A stretch of 64,000 nt of DNA from an uncultured Actinomycetes bacterium (GCA_937127245.1 CAKZLU010000041.1:9824-73823); one strand, 5' to 3'. Shown: positions 19,730-29,473, numbered from the stretch's first letter. A program made the numbers and translations. The notes: a model not told the origin generated them from the sequence alone.

Positions 19730-20875
19730 GTGCTGCGCGGTGTGTTGAGTATGCCATCTTACGGTAGAGCAGTCGTGATATCACGGAAGAAATGGAATGA
19801 ATCGATATCTGAGCTCGATGTGCGCATGGATGATGGCAGCCTCGCGAAAGCCCTGTCTATTGACACTCTTGTTGGAAGCGCTCAGCCCGGCGACACCGTG
19901 GTCTTGAACACGACCGCCGTGGAACTTCGTCTCGGATCAGGCGGTTACCATTTTGTTGTGTGGAATCTTAGCAGACCCACCCATTCGGTTACGAACTTAG
20001 GACATATCATGAAACTCCGGTACACGCCTCTGCAGTTAAACGTGGAAGCAATCGAGGAGATTGTGCATGACGCGGAAGCGCCTCCTGAGGAAACAAAGAA
20101 CGCTCTTTCAGGGATGCCGGTTATAGCTGGTTCAGTTCATAGCCAGCTTTTGCCGGCTGTCATTACACTAAAGCATCTTCAACCGCAGGCAAAAATTCTC
20201 TATGTTATGACGGACGGAGGCTGCCTCCCGGCAGGCTTCAGCAGGACTGTCGGCTTTCTAAAAGAGAATGGGGACATTGACGCAGTCATTACCACCGGTC
20301 ACGCCTTCGGTGGTGACTTCGAAGCGGTTACTTTAGCCGGTGCACTTTCTGCCTCGAGGAAACACTTAAAAGCTGATGTGGCTGTGGTCATAATGGGTCC
20401 AGGAATTGTCGGGACGGGCAGCGCTCTCGGTTTCACTGGATTGGAACAGGCTGACATAATAAATTGCGCTTGGGCGCTCGGAGGTAAACCGATCGGGATA
20501 CTGAGGATATCTTTTGCCGATCCGCGGTCCCGGCACAGAGGGGTTAGTCATCACAGTATTTCTGTCCTGAGCGTGATGTCACTGGCGCGCGCGTTTGTGG
20601 GGGTTCCGAAACTTGAAGACGATCGCCGAAAAATCATCATGTCACAACTGGAGGATTCCGGAATAAAATCGCGGCACGAAGTTCGCGAAGTTGACTGCTC
20701 GCTCGTCTTGGACCTCCTCAAGGAGTGCGACCTGAAGCCCAGTTCCATGGGCAGGGGACTGGATGATGATCCTGAGTTCTTCATGGCGGCCGGCGCCGCG
20801 GGGATTCTCGCCTCTGATGCAATGTCAGACCCGCAAAGTAAAGCGAACGGAGAGTGCGATGATAAGCGAAAGTGA
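19730..20875 (+). CDS. Conserved hypothetical protein (possibly a DUF3866-type family), inserted between pyrG and the NUDIX gene
   Basis: 381-aa ORF with coding-like composition and no recognisable catalytic motif. The likely start is ATG at 19751 (MPSYGRAVV...). Confidence 0.5.
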   Translation: MLRGVLSMPSYGRAVVISRKKWNESISELDVRMDDGSLAKALSIDTLVGSAQPGDTVVLNTTAVELRLGSGGYHFVVWNLSRPTHSVTNLGHIMKLRYTPLQLNVEAIEEIVHDAEAPPEETKNALSGMPVIAGSVHSQLLPAVITLKHLQPQAKILYVMTDGGCLPAGFSRTVGFLKENGDIDAVITTGHAFGGDFEAVTLAGALSASRKHLKADVAVVIMGPGIVGTGSALGFTGLEQADIINCAWALGGKPIGILRISFADPRSRHRGVSHHSISVLSVMSLARAFVGVPKLEDDRRKIIMSQLEDSGIKSRHEVREVDCSLVLDLLKECDLKPSSMGRGLDDDPEFFMAAGAAGILASDAMSDPQSKANGECDDKRK

Positions 20876-21386
20876 AAAGGTATATGAGGGAAAGATTATC
20901 AGCGTGTATCGCGACAAAGTGATGCTGCCGGACGGTAGGATCACGCTTTGGGACAGGGTCGAGCATCCGGGCGCGGTGGGTGTAGTCCCGCTCCTTGAAA
21001 ACAATAGCGTCATCATGGTCAGGCAGTACAGGAATGCTGTTGATGATGAGCTGTTAGAAATCCCCGCGGGTAAGCTTGACTGGAGCGAACCACCTGAGGA
21101 GTGCGCGCTAAGGGAACTTATTGAGGAAATATGCATGAGACCAAAAGAACTCATTAAATTGGCAGAATTTTACAATTCTCCGGGATACAGCGATGAAAGG
21201 TTTTTTCTGTACCTTGCCAGGCAATTGGAGCCTGAGGAAGGCGAATCTGACGCCGACGAATTTCTCAAAATAGAGACGCATCCGATCGGAAAACTGATGG
21301 AAATGATTTCCTCCGGAGAGCTAAGGGACGCAAAAAGCATAATTGGCATAGCGCTCACATGGCTTGTCTTGGAGGATAGCGCTTAG
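20859..21386 (+). CDS. NUDIX hydrolase (ADP-ribose pyrophosphatase-like)
   Basis: The Nudix box is GKLDWSEPPEECALRELIEEICM. The position between pyrG and xerD is the conserved actinobacterial one. ATG at 20859 is preferred over the longer ORF opening at 20763. Confidence 0.8.
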   Translation: MISESEKVYEGKIISVYRDKVMLPDGRITLWDRVEHPGAVGVVPLLENNSVIMVRQYRNAVDDELLEIPAGKLDWSEPPEECALRELIEEICMRPKELIKLAEFYNSPGYSDERFFLYLARQLEPEEGESDADEFLKIETHPIGKLMEMISSGELRDAKSIIGIALTWLVLEDSA

Positions 21387-21472
21387 CACGGAAGTTTGAC
21401 AGATTCGCGTTACTAATCCTTTGAGTCTCCATTGGGAACGAAAATTATGTTTTTGCTTTTTACTGAAAGGGA

Positions 21473-22396
21473 ATGGAAATAAAAAAATCGGGCAACGGCG
21501 AGCTTATCGAGTCGGCGCGGGATTTTCTCAACTATTTGAGAGTTGAGCGTGGCTTGTCGGAAAACACCATCGAGGCTTACAGAAGAGCGGTAGTCCGCTA
21601 TCTTGAATATCTCGATTCGAGAAACATTGCCAGGCTGAAAGATATCGACAGGATTTGTGTCGAATCTTACCTCGGAACGCTCACAAGCACAGGAGAGAAA
21701 GGCTATTCAGCGAGTTCCATTGCGCAGATGACAAGCGCCATTCGCTCATATCACAAGTTTCTTGTCACCCACGGTTACGCGCCTTCCGACCCAACGGGAA
21801 GTCTGCCATCCAGAAAGATACCGAGACGCATTCCCAAGGTTCTTACCATGACCCAGATGGAAGAGCTGCTAAGCGCTCCTCCGCTGGACGATACTGGCGT
21901 TCGAGACAGAGCTATCCTTGAGTTCTTATACGCTACGGGCATGAGGATATCAGAGCTTGTTTCACTGAACCTCTCAAGCGTTGATTTGGACGAGAGAATG
22001 GTTTTCCTCAAAGGAAAAGGGGGTAAGTACAGAATCGTTCCTTTTGGCAGGAAGGCTCAAGAAGCATTAAAAAAGTATCTTCAAGAATCAAGACCGAGGC
22101 TTGCACGGAGCTCAAAACAGCAGGCTCTCTTCTTGAACGCGAGGGGAGGGCGTCTGACAAGGCAGGGGTGCTGGAAAATAATCAAAAAACACTCCGAGTC
22201 ATGTGGGCTTGGCGATGTCGTAACCCCACATATATTGAGGCATAGCTTTGCCACGCATCTTCTCGAATGCGGCGCAAACCTTGTTGTGGTTCAGGAGCTG
22301 CTCGGGCATTCAAGTGTTTCCACAACACAGATTTACACCCACGTGACTACAAGTCACTTAAGAGAAGTTTACAGAAGAGCGCACCCGAGAGCTTAG
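21473..22396 (+). CDS. xerD: Tyrosine site-specific recombinase XerD (XerC/XerD family)
   Basis: LRVERGLSENTIEAYRRAV is the N-terminal SAM-like domain. The catalytic residues ...R...HILRHSFATHLLECGANLVVVQELLGHSSVSTTQIYTHV contain the nucleophilic tyrosine. The XerD assignment is by synteny (pyrG-NUDIX-xerD). Confidence 0.8.
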   Translation: MEIKKSGNGELIESARDFLNYLRVERGLSENTIEAYRRAVVRYLEYLDSRNIARLKDIDRICVESYLGTLTSTGEKGYSASSIAQMTSAIRSYHKFLVTHGYAPSDPTGSLPSRKIPRRIPKVLTMTQMEELLSAPPLDDTGVRDRAILEFLYATGMRISELVSLNLSSVDLDERMVFLKGKGGKYRIVPFGRKAQEALKKYLQESRPRLARSSKQQALFLNARGGRLTRQGCWKIIKKHSESCGLGDVVTPHILRHSFATHLLECGANLVVVQELLGHSSVSTTQIYTHVTTSHLREVYRRAHPRA

Positions 22397-22408
22397 GCGC
22401 AGACCACT

Positions 22409-22446
22409 CCTTGGTTTAACGGATATCCTCACTTTCTAAACCAAGC
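22409..22446 (+). terminator. Hairpin after xerD (9-bp stem ccttggttta / taaaccaag)
   Basis: The inverted repeat is seen directly in the sequence. A U-rich but interrupted tract follows. Confidence 0.3.
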
Positions 22447-22499
22447 TGATTCTTGTATTCTTTCATGGCTGTGAGAAGAGGATTGGTTTGAATGTGAGA

Positions 22500-22516
22500 G
22501 AATTATGTGATAATTC
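22500..22516 (+). promoter_or_regulatory. Inverted repeat gaattat-gtg-ataattc overlapping an extended -10 (TGtGATAAT), upstream of the M50 protease gene
   Basis: Perfect 7-bp arms with a 3-nt spacer, 27 nt upstream of the ATG at 22544. Confidence 0.3.
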
Positions 22517-22543
22517 ACTTTCAAAACTGCTGGAGCGCGTTAA

Positions 22544-23239
22544 ATGGACTGGAGAAGAACGACATATTTCCTTATAGGCCTGATAATCGGGGCGATTTTC
22601 CATGAGTACATGCACGGAAAGATCGCGGACCTAAGGGGTGATCCCACGGCAAGAAACGCGGGAAGACTTACCCTAAACCCTATTGCTCATGTTGATCCGA
22701 TTGGGACACTTCTCATGCCGATCCTGCTTCTGGTGCTCAGCGGAGGCAGATTTGCTTTCGCCTACGCTAAACCTGTGCCGGTAAACCCGTTTTTCTTGAG
22801 AAAACCCAGAAGGGATATGATGTTAATAGCTCTTTCCGGCCCGCTCACGAACTTCGCGATTGCGTTGTTTATCTCCCTGCTGGCTTTGCTATTAAGAGTT
22901 GTCTTCAATTTGAGTTTCTATGCGCCGCAAGGTGTTGCGAACATATCCGGAAGCGGAGGGTGGGTCAATCTTTTTGAACTCTTATTTTACATAGCTGTAA
23001 TAAACGTCGTTCTCGGGTTTTTTAACCTTATTCCCGTGCCGCCGCTGGACGGCTCTCACGTCTTGTCATACTTTCTTCCCCCCGACGCGAGGAGGGCTTA
23101 CAATCAGATTAGCAGATACGGTTTTTTGATAATCATTTTGTTTATCTACCTTCTCGGCGGTGTGTTTTTCAGCTGGATGAACCCTATTTTCTCGTTAATC
23201 GAGCGGGTTATTTTCGGGCCTGTTAGTTTCGCGCTTTAG
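22544..23239 (+). CDS. Site-2 protease family (M50) membrane metalloprotease
   Basis: HEYMHGKIADLRG is the HExxH motif inside a TM helix. There are multiple TM segments and a second motif, FNLIPVPPLDGSHVL (LDG). Confidence 0.75.
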   Translation: MDWRRTTYFLIGLIIGAIFHEYMHGKIADLRGDPTARNAGRLTLNPIAHVDPIGTLLMPILLLVLSGGRFAFAYAKPVPVNPFFLRKPRRDMMLIALSGPLTNFAIALFISLLALLLRVVFNLSFYAPQGVANISGSGGWVNLFELLFYIAVINVVLGFFNLIPVPPLDGSHVLSYFLPPDARRAYNQISRYGFLIIILFIYLLGGVFFSWMNPIFSLIERVIFGPVSFAL

Positions 23240-23309
23240 CCATACCGTGAATCATAAATCATGTTTTGCGTTTCTGTAAGCTTTCAATTTCAAGTCAACG
23301 CTCAGAGAG

Positions 23310-24317
23310 GTGTATGAATTGGAAAGCGGGACTGGAAGGGTTGTGAGCGGGTACCGACCGAGCGGCAGGCTCCACCTCGGTCACTATCACGGCAACCTGA
23401 AGGTTATGACAAACTTACAAAAGATGCGGGATTGCTATTTCTTCGTTGCTGACTGGCATGCTTTGACGACTGAATACAGAGATACCTCTATGCTTTGGAC
23501 TTACACCCAAGAGATGGTTCTTGACTGGCTTGCCGCGGGTCTGGACCCAGGAGTTTGCACCATTTACCGACAATCTGATATTCAAGCCATACCCGAATTG
23601 ATGCTTTACTTCTCAATGATAATATCGCTCGGGGAACTTGAAAGATGCCCAACTTACAAACAGCAGCTCAGAGAGCTCGACGAACGCGTTGTGAACACAT
23701 ACGGATTTCTTGGGTATCCAGTTTTAATGGCCGCCGACATCCTAATCGTGAAGGGAGAGGAAGTTCCGGTCGGGGAGGACCAGATTCCGCATCTGGAACT
23801 GACAAGGGAAATTGCAAGAAAGTTCAACATGCTGTATGGTTCTATTTTTCCCGAGCCCAGACCGATTCTCTCCAAAGTACCGAGGATACCAGGTACGGAC
23901 GGCAGGAAGATGTCAAAAAGTTACGGCAACTATATCGATTTGATGGACGAGGAGGAGGTAATCCGCCAGAAGGTCAGGAAGATGATAACAGACCCGGCGC
24001 GGGTCAGACGCAGCGATAAGGGTCATCCCGAGGTCTGCTCGGTCTTTGACCTGTATCGGGCTTACCCGAACATGGTATCTTCTGAGGAAAGAGCTCGGGA
24101 ATGCAGGATGGCAAAAATAGGCTGCACTGCTTGCAAAGATGAGATTGCAAAAGTGATCGCCGATGACCTTTCCCCATTCAAAGAAAGGAGAAAAACTCTA
24201 TATAGCGATGAATCGGTTGTAGCACAAATACTATCGGACGGCGCTAAAAAGGTGAAGCTGATCGCGAGCGAGACTCTCGAAGAGGTCAGAAGATCGGTCA
24301 AGATAGCGAGGGTTTGA
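23310..24317 (+). CDS. trpS: Tryptophan--tRNA ligase
   Basis: VSGYRPSGRLHLGHYHGNL is the HIGH region and KMSKS is present. GTG start with an AGAGAGG SD. Confidence 0.95.
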   Translation: MYELESGTGRVVSGYRPSGRLHLGHYHGNLKVMTNLQKMRDCYFFVADWHALTTEYRDTSMLWTYTQEMVLDWLAAGLDPGVCTIYRQSDIQAIPELMLYFSMIISLGELERCPTYKQQLRELDERVVNTYGFLGYPVLMAADILIVKGEEVPVGEDQIPHLELTREIARKFNMLYGSIFPEPRPILSKVPRIPGTDGRKMSKSYGNYIDLMDEEEVIRQKVRKMITDPARVRRSDKGHPEVCSVFDLYRAYPNMVSSEERARECRMAKIGCTACKDEIAKVIADDLSPFKERRKTLYSDESVVAQILSDGAKKVKLIASETLEEVRRSVKIARV

Positions 24318-24330
24318 GGAGGTCTGCCGT

Positions 24331-25098
24331 TTGAGCTTCGATGTTAAGATTGAAGTTTTCGAAGGGCCCTTTGACCTTCTTCTACAGCTGATACTCCGTA
24401 AAGAGCTTGATATCTGCGACGTTCCGCTTGCAGATATTACCGAGTCATACATAGCGCATATCAGGTCTGCGGATAGGCTTGATCTCGAGTCGGCAACGGA
24501 GTTCCTCCTCATTGCCGCCACGCTTTTGCTTATAAAAGCGAAAGCGCTTATAAAGCCCGAGGACGGTGAAAGCCTCGACGAGGAAGCCCAGACGGCCTCA
24601 AGCGAGCTTGCCGAGAAGTTGATAAACTACACGAAGTTCAGGAACGCGGCCGATTGGCTCGAGGCGCAATACGCGGAACACGGTTTGAGCTTTTCCAGCA
24701 TGAGAGAGCTTGAATCCACTTATTCCCACCTTTATCCTGACCCGTTCGAAGGGATTTCGCCGGAAAGGCTGGCATCTGCGCTGATGGATTTGCTTTGCGA
24801 AAACTTGAGCGCGGTTGTCGATACTTCGTATATCGCCCCGATCAGGGTTTCGATTGCTGAACACATAAATAAAATACGGAAAATCTTAAGAGCAAAGCCC
24901 GTTACGAATTTCACCGAGATTACCAGAGACCTTGGATCAAAAATAGAGGTAATAGCCGCGTTTCTGGCGCTGCTGGAACTGTTTAAAAATGGAGAGGTTT
25001 CCTTAAGACAGCCAAAAATCTTCGGCGAGATAGAGATTTCCGCGCGCGATACGGATAAATTTGAGAATGCAGGAATGGAAAAGACCAGTTCAGAATAA
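24331..25098 (+). CDS. scpA: Segregation and condensation protein A
   Basis: FDVKIEVFEGPFDLLLQLILRKELDICDVPLADITESY is the ScpA N-terminus. TTG start with a GAGGAGG SD. Confidence 0.9.
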   Translation: MSFDVKIEVFEGPFDLLLQLILRKELDICDVPLADITESYIAHIRSADRLDLESATEFLLIAATLLLIKAKALIKPEDGESLDEEAQTASSELAEKLINYTKFRNAADWLEAQYAEHGLSFSSMRELESTYSHLYPDPFEGISPERLASALMDLLCENLSAVVDTSYIAPIRVSIAEHINKIRKILRAKPVTNFTEITRDLGSKIEVIAAFLALLELFKNGEVSLRQPKIFGEIEISARDTDKFENAGMEKTSSE

Positions 25099-25160
25099 CG
25101 CCTGGTTGCTGACACGCAATGCCAGGATGGTAGTTTTGCCGGTTCGTAGATTTTTAGTAT

Positions 25161-26033
25161 GTGTCTTTTGAGGAATGGCGGGTAGCGAATATGGATACGA
25201 GTGCGGAAGATAAGAAAAATATCGAAAATACGAAAAACTCTGAATCTCTTGGATGTTGGAATGAAAGCGGCGAATCGAAAACCGTAAAGGCCGATTTCCC
25301 GCAAGCGTCATCCGGAGAAGTCGGCCCGCTTCCCGGTAGTGGTAAAGATTCAGTTGTATCCAAAGACGATTCATCGTCCATGCAAGAACGTTTAGAGCCC
25401 GAAAGGTATGGCGAACCCGAGAAGATAAGCGTTATCGAGGCTCTTCTCTTTGTTTCTGCGCAGCCCTTATCGGTGGGTCAAATCAGTGAAATTACCGGTT
25501 TTGAACCGGGCGCTGTCCGGGAGATTGTAAATAAACTATCTGAGAACTATGACAGCCCCACAAGCGGGCTGGTGATTCGAGAAGTGGCTGGCGGTTTCGG
25601 AATTTACACAAAAAAAGAGGTATCGCAGTATGTCTCCAAACTCATAAGGCATCAGTACAATCCGAGACTGACAAAGGCAGCTTTGGAAACAATGGCTATA
25701 GTCGCATATCTGCAACCAGTAAGCAGGTCAACCGTCTCAGAGATAAGAGGTGTGCAATCTGAGGGAGTCATGAAAACACTTGAAGACAGGGGTCTTATTG
25801 AGCCGGTTGGAAGGGGAACTGGTCCCGGCTCTCCAGTTCTCTACTCTACAACAAGAAAGTTTCTTGAACGTTTCGGGTTAAATTCCATCGATGACCTGCC
25901 GGATCTGGAATCCTTCGCACCGGATGATGAAACGGTTGCTAAAATCCGCCGAGTTTTCTCCCAGGAAATATCTGATGGAGGAATGCGGTCTGAGAGTGGA
26001 GAAGAAGGAGAGGATACAAAAGATACTCGCTAG
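25161..26033 (+). CDS. scpB: Segregation and condensation protein B with low-complexity N- and C-terminal extensions
   Basis: The core is VIEALLFVSAQPLSVGQISEITG...GLVIREVAGGFGIYTKKE. The start is uncertain: GTG 25161, ATG 25191 or ATG 25380. Confidence 0.7.
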   Translation: MSFEEWRVANMDTSAEDKKNIENTKNSESLGCWNESGESKTVKADFPQASSGEVGPLPGSGKDSVVSKDDSSSMQERLEPERYGEPEKISVIEALLFVSAQPLSVGQISEITGFEPGAVREIVNKLSENYDSPTSGLVIREVAGGFGIYTKKEVSQYVSKLIRHQYNPRLTKAALETMAIVAYLQPVSRSTVSEIRGVQSEGVMKTLEDRGLIEPVGRGTGPGSPVLYSTTRKFLERFGLNSIDDLPDLESFAPDDETVAKIRRVFSQEISDGGMRSESGEEGEDTKDTR

Positions 26034-26736
26034 GGCGGACATCGCCTCAAGAAGAGCCAGCGAAGCGTTGATCGCACAGGGAAGAGTCACGGTCAACGGC
26101 AAAAAGGCTGTTCTTGGAGATAAAGCCTCATGGGACAAGGATGACATTAGAATAGACGGAATACCTATTGATAAGACTTGCGAGCGAAAGTATTTGATAT
26201 TAAATAAACCGAGGGGGGTGATTACGGCAACATTTGACTCTCATCGGCGAAAGACGGTCATGGATTTTGTTCCCGAACACATCCGTGAGCGTTTCAGGCT
26301 TTTTCCGGTCGGAAGGCTGGACATGGATTCCGGCGGGCTTATACTTTTAACAAACGACGGATTTCTGGCAAATAGAGTAACACATCCGCGTTACGGAGTT
26401 CCCAGGGAGTATCTGATTGAAATTGAGCCAGTTCTCACTCCAAAAGATGTCTCGGTTCTGCGAAAAGGGGTTGACCTCGAGGAAGGCAATACGGGTCCCG
26501 CTGAGGTCTCGGTTGTGGCGGTCAGGGGCAGACGCGCTCTTGTGAAAATGGTCATTTATACAGGAAGAAAAAGGCAAATACGAAGATCGTTTGCTCAACT
26601 CGGATACAAGGTATACGAACTGAGCAGGGTTAGGATCGACTCGATACATATCGGCTCACTGAAGACGGGTGAAATAAGGGAGCTTACCCCCGAAGAGGTC
26701 AAAATGCTCTACAGAGCAACAGGGATTGATGTCTGA
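25975..26736 (+). CDS. rluB: Pseudouridine synthase, RluB/RsuA family
   Basis: ERIQKILARADIASRRASEALIAQGRVTVNGK is an S4 domain, and FPVGRLDMDSGGLILLTNDG is the catalytic Asp motif. The ORF frame opens at 25891; ATG 25975 and GTG 25996 are alternative starts. Confidence 0.8.
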   Translation: MEECGLRVEKKERIQKILARADIASRRASEALIAQGRVTVNGKKAVLGDKASWDKDDIRIDGIPIDKTCERKYLILNKPRGVITATFDSHRRKTVMDFVPEHIRERFRLFPVGRLDMDSGGLILLTNDGFLANRVTHPRYGVPREYLIEIEPVLTPKDVSVLRKGVDLEEGNTGPAEVSVVAVRGRRALVKMVIYTGRKRQIRRSFAQLGYKVYELSRVRIDSIHIGSLKTGEIRELTPEEVKMLYRATGIDV

Positions 26737-26762
26737 GGTTCGAACGAAAAAGAGGAGGTAAA

Positions 26763-27125
26763 ATGAGAGTTCGGGCTTTAAGGGGAGCCGTAAGCGTTGA
26801 CTCAAACACGAAGGACGATGTCATCCGCGCCACCGCTGAACTTCTCGAGGAGATGCTGGACAGAAATGATGTCGCAACTGATGACATAATCTTTGTATTC
26901 TTCACCGCAACAGAAGACATTAGCGCTGAATTTCCTGCCGCCGCCATGAGGAAAATAGGTCTGAGCCATATACCTGTCATGTGTGCGCGCGAAATCGCGG
27001 TTGAGGGTTCCATTCCCATGATTGTGAGAGCAATGATGCTCATTTATACAGAAAAGGCAAGAGAACAACTAAGACATGTCTATCTCAAAGAAGCCAGGCA
27101 GTTGAGAACGGACTTACCCGAGTAA
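26763..27125 (+). CDS. aroH: Chorismate mutase, AroH class
   Basis: MRVRALRGAVSV...IIFVFFTATEDISAEFPAAAMRKIGLSHIPVMCAREIAVEGSIPMIVRAMMLIY is AroH-type. Strong SD (AAGAGGAGG). Confidence 0.85.
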   Translation: MRVRALRGAVSVDSNTKDDVIRATAELLEEMLDRNDVATDDIIFVFFTATEDISAEFPAAAMRKIGLSHIPVMCAREIAVEGSIPMIVRAMMLIYTEKAREQLRHVYLKEARQLRTDLPE

Positions 27126-27174
27126 TCAACAATAAAGGGGCGCGCTAAAGCTTACCAAAAGAGGGGTGTAAAAA

Positions 27175-28188
27175 ATGATTGTGGTCATGAAAAGCGACGC
27201 TACCGAAGAGGAGATACAAAGCGTCATTGACAAGATTCACGAATCTGGGCTGGAGGCTCACCTCTCAAAGGGCGAGTTCCGCACCATCATCGGCGTGATT
27301 GGAGACGAAGAGAAGATCGACCAGTTACCCATGGCTGCAATGCCGGGCGTGGAGAAAGTCATGCCCGTGATGAAACCTTACAAACTAGTTAGCAGAGAAT
27401 TCCATCCCGAAAATACGGTTGTTGAGGTGGGTCCCGCCAAGTTCGGCTCAGAGCAATTCTGCGTGATCGCGGGTCCTTGCGCGATCGAGAGCGAGGACCA
27501 GTTGATGACCTGCGCCAGAAAAGTCAGCGGTGCCGGCGCCGCGATGTTGCGTGGCGGCGCTTTTAAACCGAGAACATCACCTTACTCATTTCAGGGGTTG
27601 GGCGAGGAGGGCTTAAGGCTTCTGAACAGGGCTAAATCAATCACCGGACTTCCAGTGGTTACAGAAGTTTTGGACGTAAGACACGTTGTAATGGTAGCCA
27701 ATTATGTGGACATGCTTCAAATAGGCGCGAGGAATATGCAGAACTTTCTTCTTTTGAGGGAAGTGGGGATGCAGCAAAAGCCTGTCATGCTTAAAAGAGG
27801 CATGTCGGCGACCGTTGAAGAGTGGCTGATGGCGGCCGAGTACATAGTTAGAGGGGGTAACCGCAACGTGATTCTTTGCGAAAGAGGGATAAGGACTTTC
27901 GAGACTGCTACAAGGAATACCCTGGATTTGAGTTCCGTTCCTATCATTAAGCGCTTGAGCCATTTGCCGGTTATAGTTGACCCGAGTCACGCCACCGGGA
28001 AAAGAGAGATCATAGCTGATCTGGCGAAAGCGGCTTTGGCGGCTGGAGCGGATGGAGTCATGGTTGAAATTCATCCTGATCCCAAGACCGCCCTATGCGA
28101 CGGACCGCAAGCTCTGGACTTCAACGAGTTTGAGCGCATGATGGAAGATTTAAAGAAGCTTGCCCCTGCTGTTGGCAGGGTTATTTAG
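27175..28188 (+). CDS. 3-deoxy-7-phosphoheptulonate (DAHP) synthase, type I-beta with N-terminal regulatory domain
   Basis: The N-terminal ~70 aa (MIVVMKSDATEEEIQSVIDKIHESGLEAHLSKGEFRTIIGVIGDE) resembles the ferredoxin-like regulatory domain of Thermotoga/Bacillus DAHPS. The catalytic core has CAIESEDQ and the KPRTS motif. Confidence 0.85.
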   Translation: MIVVMKSDATEEEIQSVIDKIHESGLEAHLSKGEFRTIIGVIGDEEKIDQLPMAAMPGVEKVMPVMKPYKLVSREFHPENTVVEVGPAKFGSEQFCVIAGPCAIESEDQLMTCARKVSGAGAAMLRGGAFKPRTSPYSFQGLGEEGLRLLNRAKSITGLPVVTEVLDVRHVVMVANYVDMLQIGARNMQNFLLLREVGMQQKPVMLKRGMSATVEEWLMAAEYIVRGGNRNVILCERGIRTFETATRNTLDLSSVPIIKRLSHLPVIVDPSHATGKREIIADLAKAALAAGADGVMVEIHPDPKTALCDGPQALDFNEFERMMEDLKKLAPAVGRVI

Positions 28189-28216
28189 TCCGGCATTTGA
28201 GACAGGAACGCTGCTC

Positions 28217-29329
28217 ATGCTTCACGAGTTTGGCAAGGTGGCGGTTATCGGTACCGGAATGATGGGCGGCTCCTTCGCCCTTGCGCTAAAAGCCGAAAGG
28301 CTTGCCGAGCACGTCTCCTGCTATGACATCTCCCCCCAGACAAGACAAAAAGCGTTGGAGCTCCAGGTAGCCGACGAGGTTTGTGAAAACCCTGTAGAAG
28401 CTGCGGCTGACTGCGACCTTCTGGTCATCGCAACACCTGTGGGTTCAGTTGTGAGCGTTTTCCGCGAGATTCGAGACTCGCTGAAAGATGGAGTGGTGGT
28501 AACGGATATTGGCTCGGCGAAAGTGAAGCTCGTAACCGAGATGGAAAAACTTTGTACAGAAAAAATACATTATATCGGGGGACACCCGATGACGGGCTCC
28601 GAGCAATCGGGGGTCGAATCCGCTAGGCCCGATCTGTACAAAGACTCATACTACATTCTCACTCCAACGGAAAGAACCCACACCGACTCTTTTCGGAGAC
28701 TACATGCGTTGCTGACAAAAATGGGCGCGCGGGTTCTTTCGATGGACCCCGTATCTCACGACAGAGCAATGGCTACCATAAGCCACGTTCCGCATCTAAT
28801 TTCCCTTCTGCTCATGGATATGGCGGCCGACGAGCGGAAATCCATGGAGAACCTATTCACGATTGTAGCGGGCGGATTTAGGGATATGACGAGAATAGCA
28901 GCGAGCAAGCCTGAGTTGTGGATAGATATCTGCATGGCCAACAGGGATTTCATTATTAAAAGGCTTGAGGACTACTCTTCAAGGATATTAGATTTAGTGA
29001 GAATTCTTGAGGAAGAAGATTACGAGTCGCTGAGAGAAAAATTCGAGAAAGCGAGAAAGTCGCGTATTGAAATCTCAATCAAGGCAGGTCGGGAGATATC
29101 CGATTTATATGAGGTTTCCATTCCCGTTCCGGATAGGCCGGGCGTGATAAGCGGTGTGACAACAGCGGTCGGAAGCGCCGGGGTGAACATAGAGGATATC
29201 TCAATCGCTCACCCTCTACTGGGGGAGACTGGGATATTAACGCTTAAGATATTGGGCGAAGAGAACGCGAAAAAAGCTGCTCGTCAGATAGAGGTGCTCG
29301 GGTTTATCCCCACTGTTCGTAAGTCATAA
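28217..29329 (+). CDS. tyrA: Prephenate dehydrogenase with C-terminal ACT domain
   Basis: VAVIGTGMMGGSFALAL is the Rossmann motif, and the C-terminal GVISGVTTAVGSAGVNIEDISIA is ACT-like. The frame opens at 28160, inside the DAHPS gene; ATG at 28217 is preferred, still overlapping upstream (stop codon TAG at 28186-28188) by 29 nt (frame offset 3). Confidence 0.85.
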   Translation: MLHEFGKVAVIGTGMMGGSFALALKAERLAEHVSCYDISPQTRQKALELQVADEVCENPVEAAADCDLLVIATPVGSVVSVFREIRDSLKDGVVVTDIGSAKVKLVTEMEKLCTEKIHYIGGHPMTGSEQSGVESARPDLYKDSYYILTPTERTHTDSFRRLHALLTKMGARVLSMDPVSHDRAMATISHVPHLISLLLMDMAADERKSMENLFTIVAGGFRDMTRIAASKPELWIDICMANRDFIIKRLEDYSSRILDLVRILEEEDYESLREKFEKARKSRIEISIKAGREISDLYEVSIPVPDRPGVISGVTTAVGSAGVNIEDISIAHPLLGETGILTLKILGEENAKKAARQIEVLGFIPTVRKS

Positions 29330-29343
29330 GCGCGTGCAGAATC

Positions 29344-29389
29344 TCAGATTCCGCGGGCTCTAACGTGGTTGTGTTTCAGATTACCGCGG
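29344..29389 (+). promoter_or_regulatory. Direct repeat tcagatt(c/a)ccgcgg x2 upstream of aroA
   Basis: Copies at 29344-29356 and 29376-29389 match 13 of 14 nt and lie 85-130 nt upstream of the aroA ATG. This is a candidate transcription-factor site. Confidence 0.25.
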
Positions 29390-29473
29390 CTTTATGCTCT
29401 TTAAAAGCCGGACACTTGCGTTTCTTGTTAAAAAAGATAAAACCAAGCATTTTTAACGGAAGCAGGGGAAAAT

